The position numbers and the translations under genes were made by a program. Below, piece by piece: positions 40,760 to 51,584 of a stretch of 64,000 nucleotides of DNA (its first letter is position 1; the number at the start of each line of letters is the position of its first letter). The stretch comes from Yuukianura sp. NJ FZ-2021 (Eukaryota): NCBI GenBank assembly GCA_046563655.1, contig CM102290.1, positions 7,750,001 through 7,814,000 of the forward strand, in the 5' to 3' direction. The notes under the pieces are model-generated. The model searched no databases. It was not told where the DNA came from and saw only the letters and a program-made list of their open reading frames with translations.

Positions 40760-43700
40760 ATGCATGGAATGGTAGGTACAGATCAAGAGAAGAGGGACAA
40801 GGGACTTCCGACCCACCATCCCCACCACCAACACATCCAGCACATCCATCGTCCACCAGCAGGGTCACAGACACAAAGTCCCCATGGGGATGGGTCAGGG
40901 TCACAACAGCAACAGCACAAGGAGAGGCGTAGAGTCAGAAGACCACCGAAATCCATTCCAGCTCGATTCTGGGATTTTATTAAACATGCCTGGACAGGGG
41001 TCAAATTTGCTTTAGGTGGGTGCGTTTTAGCCATATCAAATTTGGAAAGTTTCCAAAGTTTGTTTTTCCAATTTTTGTTATAGTTTAAATTGAAAAATTT
41101 GAGGTCAAGTTTTTTTCAGAATCAGATTTAGATGAAATTGAGAGTCAGCCGAGATACAGACCGAGAGAGACGCTTCAAGCCCTCTGTCGACTTACCCGTT
41201 TCTCAGAACCCGAAATCAAGAGAATTTATCGTGGGTTTAAGGCCGAGTGCCCTTCAGGAATTGTCCATGAAGATACTTTTAGAGACATCTATGCACAATT
41301 TTTTCCTCAAGGAGGTAAGCATACCCTGTTTTTCCTAATTTTGTCATTAGTTTTCAAAAAAAATCAGTATGTAATAAAAGTGTAGCACTTTTTGCCACTT
41401 ACACTCACTTTGTACTTTGAAATTTGTTATACAAAATCTTGAAACGCCTTAACAAATTGAATTCAAAATGAGGTTTGACATCACTTCTCCAAATTTGTTT
41501 TCACTTTGTTCAAACTTTTTCTTTTTAAATGAAAATCTTCCAGCTTGTCTTCCTTATGCATGCCCAACGCAAAGTGAAAAGAAACGAGGCTAATGATCTC
41601 TGTAGTTATTTAGCCTTGTTTTTTAGGACAAATTTGTGACTGACTAGAAGTTCCGCCAACTTGACTTTTTTGTTTGAACTTTCCTCCACTTCTTTGATGC
41701 TGTATGCCAGTGGTTGTCCATGATTCATTTCCTTTTGACTAAAAGACCACTTGTTCTGTTCCAGCAAACTGCGGCCACTACGCCCATTACGTCTTCAATT
41801 CAATGGACCACAGTCGAAACGGACTCATCAACTTTGAAGTAAGGAAGTTACTCGTCTTCTACTTTACCAAATGAATAATTCCTCAACTTCACCCACTCCA
41901 TTTTGGTGCTTTAACAGAACAAAAAGAAACGAAAGCTTTAAGTTACGAAAAAATCGTACCTTTCCGTTAGCTTAGTCTACCATTTTTGCCACATAAATTT
42001 CCAATATCGGAATTAGTTTGGAGATTTAAAAACGTATCGGCAGGGGTCACAAAGTTCAAACATTCCACTGCAGGGTTATTTTTTCAGTTGTAACTTTTTG
42101 TCCAAAAATTTCTTCAACCTTCTGCTTGTTGTTGGTGAATCTTTTGCTAGGTTTGAAAATTTTCACAAGAGACTTTGCAATTGCTTCTGCTAAAGTTAAT
42201 GTTTTGTTTGCAAGACGACTAGGACAAACAAGCACAAAAAAGCTTAAAGGAATGGACCAAAAGCATCATGGTTGACTGGCGCGTGCCCTTTAGGAAGATA
42301 CTTTCATTTTGAGTAGGTACTTGATGCAGTTGAGGGCGGCAGTTCCAAATAATGTTGTTTATGCCTGTAGCCATGTTCGAGACATCTCAAACTGTCTGTC
42401 GTATATCGGGTTTCTTTTAGGAATGACGACTGAGAGACTGACAATCCCCAATGGAGTTAAATCTGATTTCTCGAGTCTTATGCTTTCTCTGTAGGCAGAT
42501 GAATTCCCAGTGGGATGATAGGAAAGTTTAAGCGGATCAACGGATTTCAGCTTTCCCAAATCATCTTTCCCTAGTCATCTAAAGACAGCAAGAGTTTTGA
42601 AAAACAACGGTTTTTGTTTTCTGCCAAATTATTGCAAATCTTGTTTCAAAATATTTTTAAAGACAAATTCCTAGATTTAGACTCCAATTTGATTTTAGTT
42701 GTCGAAAGTATGGAGTTACCTTTGGAAAACTTTCAAAATTAAACCTTTGCAGAAAAGAAGTTTTGCTTCGAGGCAAAAACTAGCGGACTTCCGAATTTTT
42801 CAAATTTTTAGTTTCACAAATTTGACAAGGACACGAGCATTTGGAGATCGGATGTTGTGAAATTATGGTGTTCTTTGAAATAGAAAAGCAGTAGTCGACA
42901 AGCGAATTAATTCAGGAATCGACACAACACTTTCATTGCTATTTAGACATAGTTTGAACTCCTCAACGTACCTTCATTTTCATTTTCCTTTTTTCCAAAA
43001 TCCGAATCTTCCTAGTGCTTTCTCCTAGAAATTGAATTCATTCTATACAATCTCACAGGGCACAAGCCTAACCTAAACAAACCTAGCCTAAGCTGTTCAG
43101 TCAGACCTCCTTTATTCTATGTCAAATGACTAAAATAAATCACTTTTAGAGAACTACCACCGACCGATAACTCAGACTTTGAGTTCAACTCAAAATCACT
43201 ACGAACGTTCAAGCCCCATTTTTTCCAATGGAAACTGCTGTACATGCACTTCGAAAGAAAGATAATCGACCCGGGTCACGAGATAACGACAGAGAAATTT
43301 ATACTTCGGAGTCTCATTGACAAGTCAATTTTTTCTCCCAAAGAAAATTTTATCCTCAAAATAAAAGTTTTCTGAAAAAGGAAACCTATATGGTTTTAGC
43401 GTCGTAAAGTTCTTCCGTTGAGGTTTCGCTGTTAAATAATTACACAGCCTTAACTAATATTTTTGTCGCATTGAGTCGTAAACTGGAAGATGGAGCTGAC
43501 CAACGAAAAAATAAAAAAGAATTAATCTTTTCAGCGAAAAGTGGCACTTGTCATGTTTTATGCGACAATCATTTTGGTTTTAGGATTTTGTGTTGGGGTT
43601 GTCAATTGTACTGAGGGGGACAGTTGATGAAAAGCTGCGCTGGACTTTTAGTCTTTACGACATCAATCGAGATGGTTACATCACAAAGGAAGAGATGAAA

Positions 43701-44010
43701 GACATCGTTACGGCAGTCTTTGAACTAATGGGAACCTGCGTCGAACCACTTATCGAGGACAGTGCAGTTCAAGATCGCGTTGATCGAATTTTTCAAGTAA
43801 TTTGGACAAGCACGGAAAATCAGGAAATTTTTATGAAGTCCATTTCCACCATTTTACAACTGTTTACTCTAACTTTCTTCATTTTTTATTTTTAAACAGA
43901 AGATGGACCAGAACCGAGATGGGTTGGTAAGTCTGGAAGAATTTTTGGAATGTTGTACAAAAGACGAAAATATTCTCAAGTCCATTTCAGTATTTGACTC
44001 CGTGATATAA
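40760..44010 (+). CDS. KChIP: Kv channel-interacting protein / calsenilin-like neuronal calcium sensor (about 282 aa)
   Basis: Exons 40760-41015, 41120-41314, 41765-41838, 43584-43796 and 43900-44010 total 849 nt in frame. They give IYRGFKAECPSG (non-binding EF1), FFPQG, EF2 DHSRNGLINFED, LRGTVDEKLRWTFSLYDINRDGYITKEE (EF3) and KMDQNRDGLVSLEEF (EF4). There is an in-frame stop just upstream of ATG 40760; other first exons may exist. Confidence 0.92.
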
Positions 44011-44465
44011 ATTGAGCATCTTAAAACACCAAGCAACAGCAGCCGAAAGCACACAACCAGCATCATCAGAATTTAAAAAACAACAACAACAAGGAAATGA
44101 GAGTGCTGATGACTTTCATCCTTCGAAAAAAAAAACTCCAAAATTTAGTTTAAATATCACAATCTTCTTGTATTTTCTGTACTCTAACTGCGTATTTTAA
44201 ATACAATTAAAAGTTTAAAAATTTGAAAAATGGAAACAAAAACATTTTGGTTTTGATTAAAAATGGAGCCAGAAAGTTACAAGATGAAACTTAACTAGTT
44301 TGCATAGAATATTTGACGAAAAGGGAACTGTTGACAAGGAATTTTATTTGTGACTTATTCAATAAGTTAGGTCTGACATTTTCTGTTTTTTTTTTCGTTC
44401 CTAAGTTAATATTTTTTGTTATTAACTTAAATCTGAAACCAAAACATGGTTAGGCTACAGGGAAC

Positions 44466-47400
44466 TTAGGGGTAGCCTCCTCTACTGACTTCATACAGTG
44501 GTGTTTTCATGGAAATGCTGCGAGTCAATGACGTAGGAGCAGAGGAGGAATGATGGGCGTTAGTCGTGATTCGTGGTGAGTATGTCACGGATTTCCCGCC
44601 AAAGGAAAGAGGTGAAAATGGCGGCGGGGATAATGTGTAAACGGATGCAGGGAGAGTGGAACATTGTCCAGGACGCATGGCGTTACGTGTTTTACGTTGT
44701 TGATGATGGTGTTGATGACTGCGTTGTCCTGGTTGTAATGTTCCGCCTCCTCGGTCGCTCAGTGTCGTAAATATTGTGGAGATTGAACCAACAGTTTGTC
44801 CTCCAGGACCAGGTTGATGCAGCATTTGCTTTCGTCTAACTAAACTACTTTGACGACTAATTGTGCCTAACTTTGGTATAAAAATAGAAAAGAGGATGAT
44901 GGTGGCGATTGTAATAAAAAAGATGGCGGGAGCTGGTTCTTGGAATTCCGGTGGACCTAGAGCCACCACTAGGATCCAAGCCAGGACGACTGGAAGGGAG
45001 AGGAGTGCCGTCAGAGTGAGCCACCGTGCTTCGTTGTAGTTCCGTCGTATCTTCAGAACTGAAGTTCCGTAGAGGAAGACGAATAGAATGAGGAGGCCCA
45101 AGTAGGAATGAAGCAGGAGGTACGTTTCGTGTGAATGTGAGCAGTCGTTAAGGAAGGGAACGGGGGATACAGTTGACGCATGCGGTGTAAAGTACCACTG
45201 GAGGTTAATGGCCAATTGAACTGCGACAATGAACAGTAGTGTTACGAATTGATTGAACGTTGAAATCCTGCCGCCAAGTCCAAGGGACACCAGAGACCTT
45301 AGTTGCATCGCTTTGAGCAGCAGGATTCCAAAGGCGACGCTTAGAGCCGACGAAGGGACGAAGATACGCAGAGTACACAGAAGAGAGCTAGGCGGAAGAA
45401 CGAAGATGACGACCGTTGCGTAGAGGAGCATGACGCAAAGGAGTAGAAGAATCCCGAGGGACTGGTTCCCTTGAAGGGTTCCATCACACATGCGCAGAAG
45501 AACATAGACAAGCATGTACAGGGCTAGGAAGACGCCTGTGATTCCAATGGCCACAACGACCATGGCCCAAACCCTGGAGATGTACAGTTCGGGCGAAGAG
45601 AACTTTCGCATGTGAACTTGAGGCTCAGTCTGATGCTGTCGGCTTTGAGTTCTGTCAACATCCGAATCGGATTTGGTCTTCTTTCCCTGTCGACTAGAAC
45701 TGACAGAAGTCGTTGGGACAGTAGCATCCAAAACATCTTCATCAGTCACTGAATCGTCAGTGAAGGAGTCAACAGACAGATTTACTTCAGCAAATGTCAT
45801 GTCCAGAAGGAGTCCATTCTCAGTAGAGTATTGACCCACCTATTTTAAAAAAAGAAACGAAAAAATGGTTGCCAAAAATTAATTTTGCAAATCAAACAAA
45901 TAAAATTCCGGTGATGTGGAGCGATGAAAGATGAAGAGACCATCACCTTTGTGTAAGAGCGAAAATTTTGAAGAAAAGAAAACATTCTTTACTCTGATTT
46001 ACCTGTGCAATTTGTTGAAATGGTCGACTGAGGAGCAGATCATACTTTCGACTGACGAGTTTCCCCTGGTGATTAATGCGCCCCCTCGTCCCTTCCAGTT
46101 CATGACTAGCAGCTATCGTTGGACCAAGCTTTTCATCAACATCCACTGGCGTTCCAGCAGTTGCTTCAATTGGAAAATTTAATTTCCGTAATGCTTCCAG
46201 CACATTTCCAGAAAGTTTCTGATGATCACATCCAATCTCATCAGGGGTACAGGTCTCCAATTGAGCCAGGCGAAGAGCAGCCGAGTAGGCAGAAACAGCA
46301 CTCACGATGAAACCAACCTAAAGATTCAAAAAATAAAGTCCATAAGGGAGTGAGTTGTTGGAAAAACGTCATTCTTAGAAACTAGTTTCCTCCAAATTTC
46401 AGAAACCAAAAAGTGACAAACGAGGATTTACAAAACAAAGCCACCGCGAAGGCGACACTTTGAAGAGTACAAGCCTCAGGAACTAATAACTGTAATTGAA
46501 GAAACACTTTCAAAATAAGTGCTAAAAAACGAGAAATTGTTTTTCATACGTCTGAATCCGGTTGGAACTTTTCTGTCAAGTCAGCGACACTGAGGTTCCC
46601 ACAGTATGGCCTAGAATAAAATTTGGGAACGCTGCTTTTGAGGCCCGTTCTGCTTGGCATCTTAGTCTCTGGCCATTGGCACTGATGAATGCGCTCAATA
46701 TACTCTCGCGCTTCATCCAATCTGTCCTCAGCCAACGCTTCCTGAAAGGGTGAAAGCAAAAAAAAATCAACGCTGCTAGAGAACGCTTCTCGTTTTTGAA
46801 ATGTCATGCCTCCACTTTCTCCAAAACACAACTGACGCCATCTATTCGGTTTTTTTCAAAATTCTAACTTTCGCTTTCCTCAGGATAGTATCAAATCCTA
46901 AGCGTTATTTACTGATTTGTCTAACTTTTGTTTTTTCTTCACTTTTAAATTAGGTTAGTCACGTTAACTTTAATTATAATTAGTGTTTACCTGGATATTT
47001 CCGACAAAGTAGGTTTGAAAGTCTGGATTTGGTGAAACATGGGGTTGCATAATAAGGAGATTCGCTTGGAAACGATTGCTCCATTCCTTTGCCAATTCTT
47101 TATCAATCCCTACGGATCCCAAAATCCATGACTTTCTTCTGACGAGTCGTCTGAATTGACCCAGTCGTTCTCTGTCCTTAATCAAACGCTCCAAATCTGA
47201 AGAATCGAGCAGGAGCACCACAGTTTGGGCTGAGCTCTGAAAATTAACACAAAACGGCGTAAATTTTGGGTATTGGAGGTTGAATTCAAATTGAATTAGG
47301 GTGTGCGTGTTAGCGGAGTTGTGCTTTCTTACTGCTTCGTTGCTAATGAACTGAATTATGGCATCTAGTATAAGTGGATTATCCTTCTTTAGTATGGAGA

Positions 47401-48828
47401 AAGCGTTGGCGGGAATTGACTGTTTTGCAGCTAATTTCTCAAACATTCGAACAGCATGAGAGCAACTAGAGACGACAGCTACGGACTCCGTTCCCAGTTG
47501 ATGAATTAGAGCCAGAATTGACTGTGAAAATCAAAGTCAAAATTAGTCACGAGTTTTCATGTCAAATGCAAAAAAACAACAATATTCCATGCGACACGGC
47601 AACCATTTTTTGAAGAATTATGTTACCCTTACTTCAGTGACACTGGCAATATCCAGTGCTGTGGTGAAAACATTGAAATGTTTTGTCAGTAGAAGTTCTG
47701 CTGCTCTGGAGGAAGTAACTATGGCTGAGACGTTTTCTTTATTGAGTGTCTCCAAGGGTCTGTCGATGACTTTTTCGTTATTCCGACCACCAATGACTAT
47801 CACCCCTTTATAAAAAACAATTCATCCATTTACATTAGCACATAAACTTCCAAAAGAATAATTTTTTTTCTTAGACTCATTTTTTTTGCAAAACAACAAG
47901 ATGCATGCCTCTTTTATAACTCAATAAGATCTTATCTGAGTTTAGCAAAAAAAAAAGTGAGATGTTCCAAAAATAGCGTTCGTAAATCACAACTCCTTAG
48001 ATTTATTGCAAATTGATTTTTTTCCGAATCACTGTTTTTGGAAATTGACTTCAATCTTTGCGTTCTTTTGTGCATTTTTTTTGAATATGCAGCATACGCT
48101 TCGTTATATTTGGTTGAACAGAGCAAAAATGGCGCCGAATTCAAAATAAGAAAAAGATTCTTACCAATAAGCGGTGAATCCTGGATGTTGTCCTTTGACC
48201 ATTTGATCAATTGATGCGTCTCCAGGAGAGCAATTCCGCTCTCTCCGCAGGTATCATGGGCCACCACGTCTACATAAAAAAGAAAAAGAAAGGCTTGACG
48301 ATGTGAAAGACACGTTTCCGCTTGAAACAAGATCGTCTTGGGTTTCTTTTTAAAAATTTCACGTTTCATATGCCTCCTCACCAAGTGCAAATTCATTTGA
48401 CCAAGAATTGTTGTTGATAATCTCCACAGCCCATCTTACAGCTGCTAACTGTTGGTAGGCCCTTACGTTAAGGGAGCCACAGAGTATTCTGGAAGGGCCC
48501 TTCGTCCCAATTACTTCGCCTACAGCTTCATGAAGATCCACCAACACACCTTGCCCAAAAAAAACATAAGTTCAAAGTTAGTTTAAACCCCTTCACATTC
48601 CTCTTACTAAAGCAAATTGCCCAAAAACCTGAGAACTTTAGGAACTTTAGTCAAGTTTTTAACAAATTCAACAAAAATTTGGACATATCCAACAAAAATG
48701 TAGAAAAATTTTAACCTACCCAGCGTAGCATGCTGACCGTGCTCTGCCGAAACTCCAGTGGCCAAGACGAAGACGACGACCCAAATCCTCAGTAGTTGTA
48801 GTAAACTGTTCAACAAGAATCTTGTCAT
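44466..48828 (-). CDS. Orphan class C GPCR (mGluR/boss-related): signal peptide, Venus-flytrap-like ectodomain and 7TM, about 956 aa
   Basis: Nine phase-compatible exons (48828-48720, 48549-48382, 48269-48165, 47805-47633, 47521-47333, 47236-46991, 46741-46550, 46317-46003, 45839-44466) total 2871 nt. ANF-receptor-like motifs AVRWAVEIIN, AHDTCG and WILGS; 7TM region with LCTLR, LLLKAMQLR, RRNYNEARWL and IFIPKL. Confidence 0.88.
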
Positions 48829-49185
48829 GGTTTCCTGACTCCTCTACATCTGTGAAAACAAAATCAAAAACAGGCGATGATTTGTAAATCTAAAATAATC
48901 CAAGCGTCCTTTTTTTTTAAAAAAAAGAAAACGAAAGGAAGTACTGGCAGTAGCCTTATTCTCTTGTCTTCGAGTTAGGTTCAAAGGACAGACTGAATTG
49001 GAAGAATCAATGGCAGGAACGACCAACGCCACCACCAACAACTTTCAAGCGTCGAACTTCATTTGTGGCACAGGGTTTCAGTCGTATTTTGGGTGGCAGT
49101 CAAGTGGAACCATAATTGGATCGGAGGCTGGAATGACAATGAGAGCCTGATCTGTCACCATATCACCACCACCACTTAAATCTAC

Positions 49186-49206
49186 CATCATCATCATCAT
49201 CATCAT
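49186..49206. repeat. (CAT)7 microsatellite
   Basis: Seven perfect CAT units read directly. Confidence 0.9.
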
Positions 49207-51111
49207 CCCTCAACTAATTCATAATTTACCCTCCCCAAAACGAACTAGTTGGGCGTCTCGTTTAGTTCAAGTGACAAAGACTCAAAGTCCAAACCAATTA
49301 GATCCTACTAAAAGCACTACTTTTCAACACAATCCACACGACATGGAGTAGGAACTGCTACTTCCAATACTAACCAAAATAGTACTCAGCACGCTAAGCC
49401 AAAAACTTCTTAAACAGTTTGGCAACTTTTCGAAAAAAAAAACAATCAACTCAGCAAATATTTTGAACCATTTAAATCTTTCACGACTTCAGCTCATTCT
49501 ATGCTCGACCCCATTCCACAAAACTTCAAAACTCAGCAATTTTCAAAAAAAAGAGTTATACTTAAAGGAATTACGAAATTTTGAACTTAAAGTTGGAGTA
49601 TCAATTCGGAACAAAGTTTTTACACAATTTAGACTGCTTGTGACCAAAAAACTGTTATAAAAGCAACAGTGACAGTTAGGGCTGAACGGAAACAAAATTC
49701 ATAATTTGCCCCATGAATGGAACATTGTTCGAATGTTTTGAAGGGAAGATGACAATGACATCACCTAATGAGTCTTAACTGTTTTGCCATGCTAATTGTG
49801 TCACCACAGTATGGGAGCTTAATGGGACTGATGACCTCAGACTTCACACCCATGTCACCGTATTGGCACGAACTTCACGAAACTGTTTTTTTTTTCAAAA
49901 AGACGAAGTGGTTTTCTTTCAAAAAATTAAAATCTGGCGGAAACCCCAAAAGTCAAGCCGGACGGGGCGTAACAAAAAAAATTTTTTTTTTAAATTTCAT
50001 TTTGAACCAACAATTTTGAATTGTTACAGGATAAGGTGTGTAACAAATCATCAAAAGAAGAATGTGCCGCTTCCATAATAAGCTTCTGTCCACTTACAAT
50101 GATTTAAAAGAGAGAGGGGCCCTTTAAGGGTCACCTGCTTCAAAACCATCTAATCCTCCGCATGAACCAGAAGCTGTACTGTTCCTGTGTACTTTAATAG
50201 AAAAGAGATTTTTACTTTACGCACCAACATTTTAGTTCTTTTGCTTCTCAGATTTCAAAAAAAAAATGACGCAAAGTGGCAGTGCCACCAACGTAGTTGT
50301 CGTGCCCAAACTGTTTTTCAGGAAATTAAGAAATCTTTGTAGTTTTAAAAAAAATTGTAAAAAAGCTTTCGTTAACGAAAAAGACATTTTGTCGAATAGT
50401 AAGTTCATCTTCATGGTTGTAAGGAGTCAAGGACGACAAAAATCAGAAGCTTGAAAATGCTTAAGGTTAAGCAAGCGGTTTCAGAGTGAGCGGCGGGAAA
50501 TGAACCCGGAGTAAAGCTAATCTAAGTAATGTTGTTTACGGAGTATTTTGAATAGTTGTGTGCAAACATCACACTTGTGCAAAATCAGTTTAGCAAAAAC
50601 ATATCTACTGTCGGAAGTACAGTTCCGTATATTTACAAAATCTTTATCAGCTGGTGTAGATTAGTACTTCTATCTCTGATTAAATCCTAGTTGACTTGTT
50701 AGTCTCTCAATTAGTTAGCTACAATGGGTAAAGAGAAGAAAAAAGTCCAAGGCCATCCCAGTACCGTACCGGCAAAACAGGTTGGAACCGCAAAACGCAA
50801 ATCCGGACTAATTGCTAAGGACAAAACCGAATCTGAACAGAAGGATTCATGCAGTAATCCCAAAGTTACAAAGATGCTGGAAATTCTAGGACAACACATT
50901 TTGAAGTTGGAGAACGTTAGTTTGAAAAATTCAAATTACTATTAGGAGATTTAAAATGACTGAGATTTCTATCGTAACAAAATCGTATTAGAAGGTCGCA
51001 TGCGGACTTTGTGATACAGATGTTGGAATGCGTACACAACATAAGCCTGTTTAATGTTGCCTCTCTGAGTTATATGGCGTCTAAACGTTTATTCTGCAAT
51101 GTAAATTCTAG

Positions 51112-51584
51112 CACGAGGTCGTCGTTCCACCATTTCCATTAGATCGCGTTAAAAAAGTCATGCGACTTGAAGAAACTACGCAAGATGTTGAAATCAGCGA
51201 TGAGGCAGCCGCTGTACTCGCGAAAGCTGCGGAATTCTTTACAAGGGAAACTTCAATTCGCTCTTATGATCTTGCAAAACAGTACAACAGGAATGTGATC
51301 CAGGTAATCCATTAAATACTTTTTACATGTATGACTCTTATATGTAGAAAATCGTTTCTGAAAGTGTAATTTTTAATTTTCATTGTTTTTAATAGATTAA
51401 CGATCTCTCCTATATCGTAGACTCTGAGAATCACTTTGAATTCCTAATTGACCTTGTGCCGGCATCTTCAAAAGTTCCTAGTCGATTTGGATTGCCAAAA
51501 TTGAAACCAATGGAACCATCACCGCTCTTTAAAATTGGACGAGTTAGCAGATTTGATAAAGTTTATAACGCGGAAATACCGTAA
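51112..51584 (+). CDS. Divergent H2A-type histone-fold protein (NF-YC/POLE4/CHRAC16 family); start exon unresolved
   Basis: Exons 51112-51303 and 51396-51584 (GT-AG, phase 0) encode PFPLDRVKKVMRLEETTQDVEISDEAAAVLAKAAEFFTRETSIRSYDLAKQYNRNVIQ|INDLSYIVDSENHFEFLIDLVP, which aligns by eye to the NF-YC core LPLARIKKIMK...FDFLIDIVP. Possible micro first exon ATG 51020-51031 or 50956-50973. Confidence 0.75.

Noticed and set aside
44466..48828. Naming the GPCR as boss or mGluR
   Set aside because: It lacks the mGluR cysteine-rich domain and ligand motifs and does not match boss-specific motifs as I recall them; orthology needs a tree.
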